Below, one piece after another: positions 11,780 through 23,639 of a DNA stretch of 64,000 bases. Source of the stretch: Gracilinanus agilis (Eukaryota). Both the position numbers and the translations under genes were made by a program. The notes below the pieces were generated by a model, which was not told the DNA's origin, did not search any database, and worked only from the letters and a program-made list of their open reading frames with translations. Numbering within the stretch: the stretch's first letter is position 1; the number at the start of each line of letters is the position of its first letter. Location: assembly GCF_016433145.1 (NCBI RefSeq), contig NC_058135.1:229399566-229463565 (forward strand), given 5' to 3'.

Positions 11780-13850
11780 TAGAAGAACATAGTAAATGTA
11801 TTTTTAAAAAAGTCTCAGTTTTTCCATTACTCACATGATAGAAACAAACAAAAAGACCCCAACCGTACCAAATGGAATGGAGTATTAAACAAAATGGATT
11901 TTAAAGGTATGTGAAAACAATTGAATTGGAAATTCAAGAAATTTTAATCTTTTACCATTTTTTTCTCAATTTTATTTGAAAAGACCTGTACGGTTGAGAA
12001 AAACAACAAAAAATCTGGCTAGTTTAATGTTAGGAGGGCGGGCACACCAAGTGTTGCTGGAGTTGTGAACTGGTTCAAATATTGTGGAAGACAATCTGGA
12101 ACTTTGGCTAAAATTCATTAAATTGGGCACATCCTTTGATCTAGCAATAAATACTACAAGGAAGCATATATCCCACAAAGGCAGAGGAAAAGGATCAATG
12201 TGTATAAAAATATGCATGTTGTGTACCTGTCTGTTTAATCATTCATTTACTTATACCAGACCTATCAATTCAGGAAATGATGGAACTTCATTTGAGAACT
12301 TGCCTAATCAATAAGGGAAACATAGCTTGATACCTTCCTATCAATTTATAATCTTAGAGAGGTGCCTTGGGGCAATTAGAGGTTAATGACTTAACCAGAG
12401 TCATCAGGACTTAAACCTAAGCTTACACTATATTACAATTAAAATATACATTGAAAAATCATGTATGCAAAGAGCATATGGTTTAACATACACTCCACTC
12501 ATATGTCACATGGTTGTTTATTGATAATATTTGTAATAAAAATTTTATCTTTTAAAAACCAAGGAACATGCACCTGGGGAAATTACAGGTAAATATCGGT
12601 AGGCAAACATTTTACAAATGATATTCATGGACTATAATGTACTAAAAAATGAAGCAAATAAAATAACATAATCAAAACAATCAATAATCAGGTTGACTTG
12701 GAATTTTAAAAGATAGTCTCTTAAATAATCCCACAAAATAGATAAACCACCATTAGGCCTATACCCCAAATGGAAAAAAAAAAAAAAAAGAAAGCAGAAT
12801 GGGAATATTTTTAGTACCATTTTTGTAGAATCTCCAACCAGAAGCTATAGAGGTGCCCACTTGTTGGGCTAAACAAATTAGGACACAGGAATGCAATGAA
12901 ATGTTATTGTACAATAAGAAATGACCAAAGTATCAGTTTCAGAAGAAAGTGGGAAGGCCTTCATCAAGGGATGCAGAGTGAAGTAAGCAGAAATCAGAGC
13001 AACCAATTCAATAACAACAACACTGTAAAGAAAATAGCTTTTGAAAGACTTAAGTGACTGATATATGCAATGTTAAATCTTGAGTTCAGAGGATTGAAGA
13101 TGAAGCACACCAGCCACCTACTGCCAGAGTGATGTCTAAACGTGCAGAATGAGACATACACTTCTGGACGTGGCCAAAATAGGAATTTGTCTTTACTGGA
13201 TTATACCTACTTGTTATGATATTTTTTTCCTTTTCACTGTTCAGTTGGGTTTAGGGCAGAGATTCAGAGAGACAATAAGAGGTTGTAAAAATTAATTGAT
13301 CAGTTTTAGAAATCAAGTAATGCCTATGGAAAGAGGAAATTATAGTCACAGCAACTAATTATATAAAAGATACTATATATTATTGTATATGGAATGCAAC
13401 CAAAACAATACACAGAGGTGAATTTATAGTTCTGAAGGCCTATAGCAACAAAAAAGATGAAGAAAAATTTACTCAATTTTAAGTATCACTGGCTACCAAG
13501 CTGGTAGCTTTAGTCAAAGATAAAAAGAATTTGTATGAAGAAAACTAATGTTTCAGAAATAAAAAGAAAAGAAACAGATACAGAGAAGGGAATCTGGAAT
13601 AAATATCTCTGGCCAAAATCTGACATGTGAACTCTATAAGGATCTGTTATGGATCCATGAATAATACCCATTCCCCAAAGGAGAATTATTCAGAATACAG
13701 TTTTTGAAGAAACAGAGACTTCTTAAAAAGTTGCTCAAGGAAAAAACAAGTTAAAATACTTTCAGGTGATATCTTACATCTGTTAAACTGGCAAAGAAAG
13801 AATTTTAAAATGACAAAATTCTCTACCAGAAAGGACTAGGGAAAACCTTG
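11780..13850 (+). mobile_element. Old degenerate L1 fragments (ORF2 C-terminus, 3'UTR and an EN/linker piece)
   Basis: gttgctggagttgtgaactggttc...caatctggaact is the L1 C-terminus. tggaatgcaaccaaaacaatacacagaggtgaatttatag resembles WDAAKAVLRGKFIA. Confidence 0.65.
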
Positions 13851-13882
13851 TTGGATGGATTATAGGTTGGAGAGATTTTCAT

Positions 13883-14068
13883 TTTTTTTTTTTAAACCTT
13901 TACCTTCCATCTTGGCTCCAAGGCCAAGAGTGGTAAGGGCTAGGCAATGGGGGTCAAGTGACTTGCCCAGGGTCACACAGCTAAGGAAGTGTCTGAGGTC
14001 AGATTTGAACCTAGGACCTCCCATCTCTAGGTCTGGCTCTCAATCTACTGAGCTACCCAGCTGTCCCC
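13883..14068 (-). mobile_element. SINE1_Mdo-like SINE with 15-bp TSD
   Basis: TSD TGGAGAGATTTTCAT at 13868-13882 and 14069-14083. Confidence 0.92.
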
Positions 14069-14734
14069 TGGAGAGATTTTCATAGAACAAATCAATCAAA
14101 CAAACAAGCAACAACAAAAAACATGATCTAATCATTTGACCCAGGATTGGTGCCTTTGTACAAAAACTGTTATTTGTGTGGCCCTGGGCAAGTCACTTAA
14201 TCTCTGAGTGGAAGAGGGGAAGGGGAAAGGAGATATTGGGGGAGGGGCAGACAGAGACAGAAACAGACACCAAAAGACAGAGAGATAGAACCTAAAACAA
14301 ATAAATGATAATTTTGTTTCAAGTTTTATTATACTTTTTTCAACAAAAAGGCAAATGATTTAGGTTGAATGTTTTTAATTGGCATTCAGTGCCATGTTCT
14401 GTTTGCCAATTCATATTTGTTACAAATGTTACTCTTTGTGATGAAAAAAAAAATGTCTGAAAGAGAATGTGGTCTAGAAGAATGAATCAGAAAACCTTTG
14501 TTTGAGTCTGTCTCTGACCCAGTATCTGGGCGAGTTGCTCCTTCATAAGATGAAGACAATAATGCCTTAGGTTGCGAAGCTTCCTGAAAGCAGGGGCTTC
14601 TTTTGTCCTTTTTATCCTCTGGGCTTAACACAAAGCCTAGAACATGTAGCACTTAATGCTTATTGCCTGATTGGTGCCACCTCGAAATGCTAGTACCCAT
14701 CCATTATCTTGCTTTTATTTATACAAAGTCACAT

Positions 14735-14990
14735 ACAGGGCAGCTAGGGTGTCTAGTGAGTAGAGCTTCGGGTCTGGTGAGGAAGACCTAAGTTCAAATC
14801 TGGATTCTTGTACTTCCTAGCTATATGACCTTAGACAAGTCACTTAACCCTGTTTGCCTCAGTTTTCTTATCTGTCAAATGAGGTGGAGAAGGAAATGGC
14901 AAACCATTCTATTATCTTTGCCAAGAAAACCACAAATGGAGGCATGAAGAATTGGACATAACTGGAAAAAACACCCCAAAGACATGCATA
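14735..14990 (+). mobile_element. Mar1-type CORE-SINE with RTE/BovB-like tail
   Basis: The CORE is followed by gaaatggcaaaccattctattatctttgccaagaaaacc. Confidence 0.8.
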
Positions 14991-15601
14991 CCGATGTCTC
15001 CGAAGTCTTCATTCATTAAATTCCCTGGATTCCTAAGAATGCAATCACATAAATAATAATAACTGATGTTTATGTGGGGCTTTAAGGTCAATGACCTTTT
15101 CATAAATTATCTCTTGATCCTTCACATCCTGGGTACTGTTGTGAGGAAGATTAATTAGGTAGTAATTTTTCACAGTACTGATATTATCCCTATTATACAG
15201 AGGGAGAAAACTGAGGTTCTGAGAATTTAAATTACATAAAAACAGAACACATAGATGTCTAAGGCAGTATATAAATTCTGTTTTTCCTGACTCTAAGTTC
15301 AGTCCTTTCCTCCCATGTAGAACTGTTTCATTTTTGTCTTTATATCTCCTTTGCCTAGCAAAGTGACTGATACATGGTAGACACTTAATAAAGATAATGG
15401 ACTAAAAGGTGGATTGATTAAATGATTGACTGACTGATTAACTACCTGAATGGCTATATAAATGCCAGGCACTAGAGAAACTGAGTTCTGATGCTTAGCA
15501 ATGAGATCTATAATGACGAGAGCTGGGCACTGTCCTCAAGGAACTAACTGTTTAGTAGGGGATAGAAAAAAAGTTACAAACTAAATAAAAAGAATGTAAC
15601 A

Positions 15602-15805
15602 GGGGCAGGTAGGTTGCTCAGTGGTTATACTGCCAGGTTTGGAGAACATGGGAGGTCCTAGATTAAAATGTGACCTCAGATACTTCCTAACTGTGTGACC
15701 CTGAGCGAGTCACTTAATGCCCATTGCCTAGTCCTTACTGCTCTTCTGCCTTGGAACTAAAGCTTAGTATTGATTCGAAAATGGACGATAAGGGTTTAAA
15801 AAAAA
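15602..15805 (+). mobile_element. SINE1_Mdo-like SINE
   Basis: Consensus head and tail, A-rich end. Confidence 0.85.
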
Positions 15806-17207
15806 AATCTAACAGTGTAAAGGAAGGAAAGCGAACAAGCATTTATTAAGCGCCTACTATATTCCTTGCACTGTGCTAAATATATCACAAATAGTCTCTC
15901 ATTTGATCCTCCCAACAGTACTGGGAGGGAGGCGGTGCTAGTATGATCTTTATTTCATAGCTGAGGAAACTAAGGCTGAGAGGAAGTGTCACGCAGTTCA
16001 CTAATGTCTAAGATCAGATTGGAACTCAGCTCTTCCTGACTCCAGGTCACAGGAGATAGAGAAACAAACACTGTGTGACCTTTGCCATCTCTCCTCCCAT
16101 GAGGCTCTGAGAGGCCTGTGAGCCTCGAACTGACAGCTAACTAGAATCTGCAAAAAATTAACAACCTCATTTGAGCAAAGCCTGACCACTAACCCTTTCA
16201 AAGAACTATAACCCAATAAAAAATTGTCTGGTTTGTGAAGGCAACTTTTCCCATCATTCATGGAATTGAACAATTCAAGAGTACAAGAAGGGAAAGGAGG
16301 GGCTTTGTCATAGGGGACAAGCAAACGGTTTAATTATGATGTATTAAAAAAAAAAAATCAGCACATTAGGAAAACCTACTCCAGCTTTACAGAATCCCAA
16401 AGGAAACTAATGCAGCCATCCAGTTTCTTGGAAGGGAATCATCAAAAGCCCCAGAGCTGTGGGTGGGGCTCTTAGCCCCACCTGTCCTCTCCCAGCATCC
16501 CTTGTCCTCTCCTGTTGGGTTCTAAAGTTCTACCTGGGACACTTGGAGTCTGCAGTTCCAAGACTGCGGATTTGTATTGAATGCTAGTGTAGAGAGGAGG
16601 GCATGGTGGCTTCTTAGGAACCAGAGAAATATTCCCTGTTGTCCATCTTGTCTTTGTTTTTAAAATGAGCACCAAGAGGCTCTTCCTCCCCAAGACAGGG
16701 CAGCTGACAGGCTGGGAGACTGGGGACAATAGTCACAAGAGGGCTCACCAAGCAGCAGCCTCCACAGGCTGAAGCACAAAGGTTTCATTGTCTTTCTGAT
16801 CACTGGGAGGTAAGGAAAGAGAACAGTTCTAGGGAAAAGACTCAGGACCTTCCAGTCCTTCAGGAATGCCTGGAAGCTAAACAAGGCCCAGGCTTTGGGG
16901 AGCCAGATCGCTGTCTAACTTAAGTAATTAGATCATTTGTAGCTGGGATAGAAAGACTCGGGGAAGGGGCCTGGAAGAGCTTTTGAGGCCATATTGATTT
17001 GAAGTTCACAGAAAAATAGGATATGGAACAGGAAGAGACCTTAGACCTAGTCTGCCTCGGTTTTCTCAACTATAAATGGGATCTTATTTCTTAGGGTTGT
17101 TGAGAGGATCAAAAGAAATAATATTTGTAAAAGTACTTAGCACAGTACCTGGCAAATAAAAGGTGACTAATAAATGCTTGTTCATACCCCCACTCCTCCG
17201 CCCCCAT

Positions 17208-17545
17208 ACAGGGATTCTTCACCTTCCTTGTGTCATGCCACTGGCCTTATCCCTGGCAGTCTGAGGAAGTCAATGGACTCCTCAGAATTGTGTTTTTAAA
17301 TGCATTAAATAAAATAGATAGCTCTACAAAGGAGACTGATTATACTGANNNNNNNNNNNNNNNNNNNNNNNNNNNNNNNNNNNNNNNNNNNNNNNNNNNN
17401 NNNNNNNNNNNNNNNNNNNNNNNNNNNNNNNNNNNNNNNNNNNNNNNNNNNNNNNNNNNNNNNNNNNNNNNNNNNNNNNNNNNNNNNNNNNNNNNNNNNN
17501 NTCAGTGTTTAAAGAAATTGAAGCTGGCCATAGGAAGTTAAGTAA
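17208..17545. mobile_element. hAT-Charlie MITE spanning the assembly gap
   Basis: Starts cagggattcttcacc and is related to the reverse complement of the 2884-3080 element. Confidence 0.5.
17349..17501. other. Assembly gap (153 N)
   Basis: Run of N. Confidence 1.
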
Positions 17546-17564
17546 CATCATTAGAAAATCATCA

Positions 17565-17960
17565 GGGACAGCTAGGTGGCTCCAGGGGATAAAAAGCCAG
17601 GCCAGGGGACAAGAGGTCTTGGGTTCAAATCTGGCCTCAGACACTTTCCAGCTGTGTGACCCTGGGCAAATCACTTAACCCTGATTGTCTAGCCCAGTGA
17701 TGGGACTGCGGGCCAGATGCAGCCCACTAGACATTATTCCTAATCTGACGAATACAGTGAATAGGATACAATACAATGAAACTTCTTAAGAGTTGCCTTA
17801 AAAACAGACTGATAGCTGATCATTTCCTTTCCTTTGGCCCCCTCTTAAAAAAGTTTGCCCATCACTCGTCTAGCCTTTAGAGTTTATAGTTTACAGCACC
17901 TTGGAATGGATACTTAGTATTGATTCTAAGAAAGAAGGTGAAAGCATTAAAAAACACCTG
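17565..17960 (+). mobile_element. SINE1_Mdo-like SINE interrupted by a hAT MITE
   Basis: The SINE head and body run to 17694 and the SINE tail resumes after 17875. Confidence 0.8.
17695..17867. mobile_element. hAT (OposCharlie-like) MITE, 173 bp, with perfect 8-bp TSD
   Basis: Ends CAGTGATGGG ... TTTGCCCATCACTC. TSD GTCTAGCC at 17687-17694 and 17868-17875. Confidence 0.88.
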
Positions 17961-18199
17961 TTTCAAAACTCTCTATTTATCCTGGCAAGTACAGATTTAG
18001 GATTAAGGAACCATTAAACTGTGGAGAGGAGATGAGAAAAGAATCATGTATTTCCATAACTGTTCCCCCACATAATTGGCTTCCTTTATAATTTCACATA
18101 TTTTTAAAATACATTCAACAGACTGCCAAAGGGATCCATAACTTAAAAAGGTTAAGGATCCCAGAAATAAAGCCATCTTGATAGAGTGGCCCAAGAATT

Positions 18200-18960
18200 G
18201 GTCAGATTCATCCAGTAAGGAGTGCTGTAATAAAACTTGGGGCCTCAGAAACATATACATTAAAGGGACGGTTCACAATTGCTGGAAGCTGTCACAGAGT
18301 TGCCAAAAATCGCTTCACAGGATCTATCCCTTGCCCTGTGTCATTTGACATCTGTGTAAATGGTTTGAATGAAGACGCAGATGTTCCATTTATTAGGGTT
18401 GCAGATGACAAAGCTGGGAAGGAAAGCTAAGGGACTGAACGACAACATCTGCATTTGAAACGAATTTTGACAACAGTTAAAGGAAAAATTAACTGGGGAT
18501 TTACCTAAACATTTAGCCAGCTCAGTGTATCATGGAGGAAGCAAAAAACAAACAAACCCCAACTCTAACTAATTGCAGACTACATTAATAAAAGCATTGT
18601 ATTTAGGAGGACAGAATTTCCCCCAAAGAATAAAAGCCCCTCAAGGGTGGTTGGGATTGTTTCATTTTCATTTTAGTAGTCCTAGCACCTAACACTGGGT
18701 ACACAGGAGGTGCTTATTAAATGTCTGTCAAGTTGAATGAAGCTATTGATAATCCTACTGTCCTCGGCCTGGGTCCGAGCACTTTGGAGTGCTCTACTCA
18801 GTTCTGGGGGCCCCTTCTTAAGAAGGCCATGGACCACCCCTATGACAGGTGCATGTAGAGGAGGGAGACCAATATGGTCACCAGCATAGTGAGAGAGGAC
18901 AAAACCATGCCACATGAGGAGTAGATGAAGGAACTGCAGAGGTTTGGCATGGAGCAGAAG
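18200..18960 (+). mobile_element. L3/CR1 LINE reverse-transcriptase region fragments
   Basis: tttattagggttgcagatgacaaagctggga resembles the CR1 KFADDTKL motif. The later gggcctgggtccgagc...ctcagttctgggg is CR1 3' sequence. Confidence 0.7.
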
Positions 18961-18989
18961 AGATTTAGCAGGTTATAAAAACTGTCTGA

Positions 18990-20110
18990 AGACTGTCCTA
19001 AAGAAGAGGGATTGGAATTGTGGCTGGCCTCAGAGAATGGGAAAATTCGGACACTAATGCACTGCTAGTGGAGTTGTGAATTCTATTCTGGAGAACAATT
19101 TGGAACTATGTCCAAAGGGCTACAACAAAGCTGTGTGTACCCATTGACTAGCAATATGACTACTAGGTCTGTATCTCAGAGATTTTTTAAAAAGGAGGAA
19201 AGGACCTATTTGTACAAAATATTTATAGCAACTCCTTTTGTGGTAGCAAAGAATTAGAAATCAAGGGGATGCTTGTCAATTAGGAATGACTGAACAAGTT
19301 GTGATATATGATTGCCATGGAATACTTTTGTGCTATAAGAAATGATGAGCAGGATAATTTCAGAAAAAACATAAAAGGACTTACATGAACTGATGCAGAG
19401 TGAAGGGAGCAGAGCCAGGAAAACACTACACACAGTAACAGTAATATTATTCATTGGACAACTGTGAATGACTTAGCTTATTCTCAGCACTACAATGATC
19501 TAAGATAATCCCGAAGGCCTCACAATGAAAAAAAGAGAAAGAACTGATTGGAATTTGAATACAGACAGAAGTATACTATGCTTCACTTTCTTCATTTTTT
19601 TTTTGAATTTTCTTCTACAAAATGACTAATTTGGAAAAATATTTTATTTTCTTATTTTTAATATCATGCAAAATCCACTTCCCTTTTCGTCATTGTTACA
19701 AGAGCATACTCATAGCCAACACCCTTAAAATAAAACCATAAATATACTGATGTGAAAGATAGTATGCTTTGATCTGCATCCAACTTTAACAATTCAGTGT
19801 TTTACTTTCTGTGTACAATGTTCTCCTCATTCTGCTTATTTCGCTCTGCATCAGTTCCTGAAGATCTTTCCAGCTTTTTCTGCCATCATCTTGCTTATCA
19901 TTTCTTATAACACAACAGCATTCCACCACCAACATGTATCATAATTTGTGTGGCCATTCTCCAACTGATAAAATATTTTATATGCTTGCCTGCATAAAAT
20001 CTATATCAGATTGCTTACTGTCTAAAGAAGGTACAGAATTTGGAAGTCAAAATTAAAAAAAAATGTTGAGGCTTTTACATGTAATTGGGGAAAAAATTAA
20101 ATTACTTAAA
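18990..20110 (+). mobile_element. Marsupial L1 3' end (ORF2 C-terminus and 3'UTR) containing a nested antisense L1 3' fragment at 19648-19969
   Basis: ctggagaacaatttggaactatgtccaaagggc is L1 sequence. The nested piece is flanked by TSD AAAATATTTTAT (19636-19647 and 19970-19981). Confidence 0.8.
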
Positions 20111-20950
20111 AAACAGCTCAGGGAAAGGACTCAGAAAATAGTAAGAGGATTTAGAGTTGTTAGGACTGAGAGATTACAGAGGAAGAACCCCCAGACCCAG
20201 AAGTTAAATTATTTGTAGAGTGGCATCATAAACAGTGCCAGATTCAGGAAGATCTGGGTTCAGATGTTGCCTCTCACAATGATTAAATGTCGGACTGTGG
20301 AAAGTTATTTTACTGTTCTGGGCCTCAGTTCTTTCAGATAATCAATCTGGCTATAGACACTTCCTAGTTGTGTGATAATTCTGTCTCAGGCAGCTTGCTC
20401 TCAAGAGCAGCTGTTTGTTGAGATTGGAAGTTCAATGAGTTGTGGGAAAAGCTCTGGCCCTCTCTGTCGCCCATTTGAGTCCTTGGAGGACCAGTGGCAG
20501 CTGGCTAAATGAACACTAGGGCCATGGTGTTCTCCTAAAAAAAAAATCTGTAAAAACCATTTGTGTCATTGCTGTGCCTCCCCCTTTTAAACATCAGTGT
20601 CTGTCCCGGCCTAATGGTCTTCCTGCCCCCTCCCCTCAGTGGAACCTTCTCTCCATCCAAAAAAGCACGGCTCAGCAGGTCAAGACTTTAGTGGTGGATG
20701 AATCCTCCTCCCCCTTCCCACTGACCACTCCTCTGGGGACCTGAAGGAGGGAGTGGCAGGCACAGGATTTAGAACTGGAAGGACCAAAGAGGTAACCAAG
20801 GCCCAGAGAGGGCAGGTGGCTTCTCATGGTCACAATTTAAGGCTGGGGCTCCTTTGTCTGCACTGTTTTCTCCCTGTCTCCAAGCCTCCCTGCTGGCAGC
20901 TGGAAACCTTTCCCTAATTGTGCAGGGGGCTGGCAGCCAGGGACCCTCAC

Positions 20951-21082
20951 CTCCGCTTTCCTCTGCTTCTCCTCCTGCTCCTTCTGCTCCCTCTCCATGC
21001 CGACCAGCCGGAGCTTCAGTTCTGACACCTCTGCTGTCAGCTCTAGCTTCTGGGCCTCCAGTGATGTGCGGCTCAGCAGCTC
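20951..21082 (-). CDS. PPFIBP2: Liprin-beta-2 internal coding exon (132 nt): ELLSRTSLEAQKLELTAEVSELKLRLVGMEREQKEQEEKQRKAE
   Basis: ttttccttctgcag|GAGCTG...GCGGAG|gtgagg, phase 0/0. It overlaps ORF 20837..21028. Confidence 0.97.
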
Positions 21083-21479
21083 CTGCAGAAGGAAAAGATA
21101 TCTCAGAGACTTCCCACAATTGACAGAGGGGGTTGACAGTGGGTGGGCTTAGAGGCTGGGAGAGACATGGAGCACACACATGCTAGAAGAGTTGAAGGTG
21201 GTTCAAAGCACTGGCCCTGGGAGGCAAGGACGGCTGCTATTAGTATACCCATTTCAGAGATGGGGAAACAGAGAGGCTTAGAGGATGAACTGAGCAGGGG
21301 CTCTGGAGTCAGAGCGGTTAGCTAGGGGACATTGCCTCACCCCTTCGGCTGTAAGCCCCTGAAAGCACGGCCTGTCTTTAACGTTGTGTCCCCTCTGCTT
21401 GGCACAGTGCTTTTTGTTTTACTCTTTAAAATTTTTAATTTTAATTTAATTTTTTCCACATTACACATAGATACAATTT

Positions 21480-21655
21480 AAAAAACAAACCCTTACCTTC
21501 CATCTTAGAACCAATAAAGAGGAGTAAGGACTGGGCAATGGGGCGTTAAATGACTTACCCCAGATCACAGCCAGGAAGAGTTGGAGGCCACATTTGAACC
21601 TAGGACCTCCCATCTCCAGGCCTGGCTCTCTATCCCCTGAGCCCTTTAGTTGCTC
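21480..21655 (-). mobile_element. SINE1_Mdo-like SINE
   Basis: aaacccttaccttccatcttagaacc...ctctatcccctgagcc. Confidence 0.8.
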
Positions 21656-21699
21656 TCTACGTACAACGTAAATAACTGTTTTCTGACATCTTGTGATCA

Positions 21700-22750
21700 T
21701 GTTGTGGCTCCCTCTTTCCCCTCCCTGAGACAGCCGGTAGTGTGATCATGTAGTGCCCCCCTCCATGTTGGTAGCAGTTGCTTACACAAGGGAAAGCACG
21801 TGAAGGCCCGGCTTCCGGCTGCATTCAGACTCCATCGGTCCCTCCCAAGAAGGCTCCCCTAACCCCGGGGCCTATCACTTAGGCTGTGACAACCACTCTG
21901 GGCCTCAGGCTCCTCATGGGGAAGAATGAAGGCGGCCTCTAACAGCCGGAGGATTCCGTGGTTCAGCCACGGCCACGGAGCCAAGGACTGCACGCAGCAT
22001 TGGAACCTGGGACTCTTTACACTCTGTAGCCAATGGAAGCGGCGCCAGAGCTGGGGAAGGCGGGGAATCCCAAAGGAGCAGCTCCTGGGGGTGGGGGAAG
22101 GGTAATCCCCTGCGGGAACCCCAATACCCACCAACCCCCACCCCACCCCCCACCCCCGGCCCCGGCCCTGAGTGAACGCAGATGGCGGGTTGGCTGGGGG
22201 TGGAGGTGGGGAGGCCTGGCTGTGACTCGCTGGCCCTCTGAGGCTTCTCCTAGTCTCCGTGGGCTCCTCTGCAGCACAGGGATGATCGTAATGGTGAGAG
22301 ATGAACTCACGGGATTGTGGGGATGCCCTCTTCTAGAATTAGCGCTCTTGTCGGGGGTGGCGGGATGATGAGACTGTTCCAGAGATCTGGGTCTGAATCC
22401 TAATCCGAACGCTTTAGAACCATGTGATGGGGTCGGTCACGTGACCTCGCCAAGCCTGGGGGCTGCTTCTTCTCCCCTCCCAGGATTATTTGTGATGAAT
22501 TGAGCTTTAATTCACTATTTATGCCCTTCCAGGTACTGGTCTCTGCCCTCGGAAAGCTTTTCCATTGACCCGGAAGGTTGACTGAAATATTAGGATAATG
22601 TGTGGCAATCAACGCGGATGGGCATTTTGGCGGGCCATGGGGAGCTTTTCTAGGTTTCTGAGTAATGAGTTAGGAACAGTAGCGTTCCGCACCAGTGGAC
22701 TGAGTTCCGGGGCCCAGAGTCAAAAAGAATCATCTTCCGGACTCCAAATC
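21700..22750. promoter_or_regulatory. GC/CpG-enriched intronic segment, candidate internal promoter or enhancer
   Basis: CpGs are retained here in an otherwise CpG-poor window. It contains GGTCACGTGACC (22435-22446), a second CACGTG near 21798, GCCAAT near 22030 and G-runs on both strands, 0.6-1.7 kb upstream of the 21082 acceptor. Confidence 0.45.
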
Positions 22751-22925
22751 TAGCCTCAGACACTTCCTAGCTGTGGGTCTTGAGAAGATCATTTCACCTT
22801 GTTGGCCTCAGTTTCCTCATCTGTAAAATGAGCTGCAGGTGGAAATGGCCAACCACTCCTGTATCTTTGCCAAGAAAACCTCAAATGGGGCCACAAGAGC
22901 TGGACACAATTGAAGACTAACAATT
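22690..22925 (+). mobile_element. Mar1-type CORE-SINE
   Basis: CORE plus RTE-like tail gtatctttgccaagaaaacctcaaatgggg. Confidence 0.75.
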
Positions 22926-23429
22926 GGGAATCCTGGGGGCGTGGTATGATAGAAAGAACATCTTGTCTGTCTGTACTCAAATGCCACTGGTTCAAATCCA
23001 ACCTCTGCCATTTACTACTCTTTGGCATTGGTCCACTAATTCAATCTACTTCTCTGGGCCTCAGTTTCTTTGTAAAATGAGATTGAACTAAATGATCTCT
23101 AAGGTCCATGCTTGGTCAAAATTTATTTTGGCAGGATGAGTAGGAGAGAGGAAAGACCATTTATAATGCTATTATTACGAGAGCCTCCAAGAGGTGTGTT
23201 ATAAGAGCCGTTGCCATGGGTAGAAAGGAGGCCAGTTCTGAGCACAGTGACAGTAGATCAAAGGACTTGGGTGGAGTAGAATCGAGAAACTGCACCTCCT
23301 TCTTTTCTTCCTTTCTTTTAAAAATTAAATAAAAATTATTTTTTTTAAATTTCCCTCTTAGCAAACCTGTTGGGGGCAAAGGGAGAACAGGGATGTGTGG
23401 AATATTGTGTCACTCAGTTAATGCTCAGT

Positions 23430-23625
23430 CTTTTTTTTGAAAACTCATACCTTCTGTCTTAGATTCAATATTGTGTATTAAGAAGAACGGTAAGGGCTTA
23501 AGTGACTTGGGGGATAAGTGACTTTCCCAGGGTCACACAGCTAGGAAGTATCTGAGGCCACTTTTGAACTCAGGACCTCCCATCTATGGGTGGGCTCTCA
23601 ATCCACTGAGCTACACAGCTGCCCT
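23430..23625 (-). mobile_element. SINE1_Mdo-like SINE
   Basis: Antisense match to the consensus. Confidence 0.8.
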
Positions 23626-23639
23626 CAGGTATGTTCAAT

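Noticed and set aside
17230-17674. ORFs containing X runs (also 54779-55030)
   Set aside because: They are artefacts of translating through assembly gaps.
21461-21700. ORF MITRCQK..., superficially like a remembered human alternative N-terminus (..LITRMWK..)
   Set aside because: The similarity covers only about 4 residues, the ORF runs into a SINE, and it has no suitable donor.
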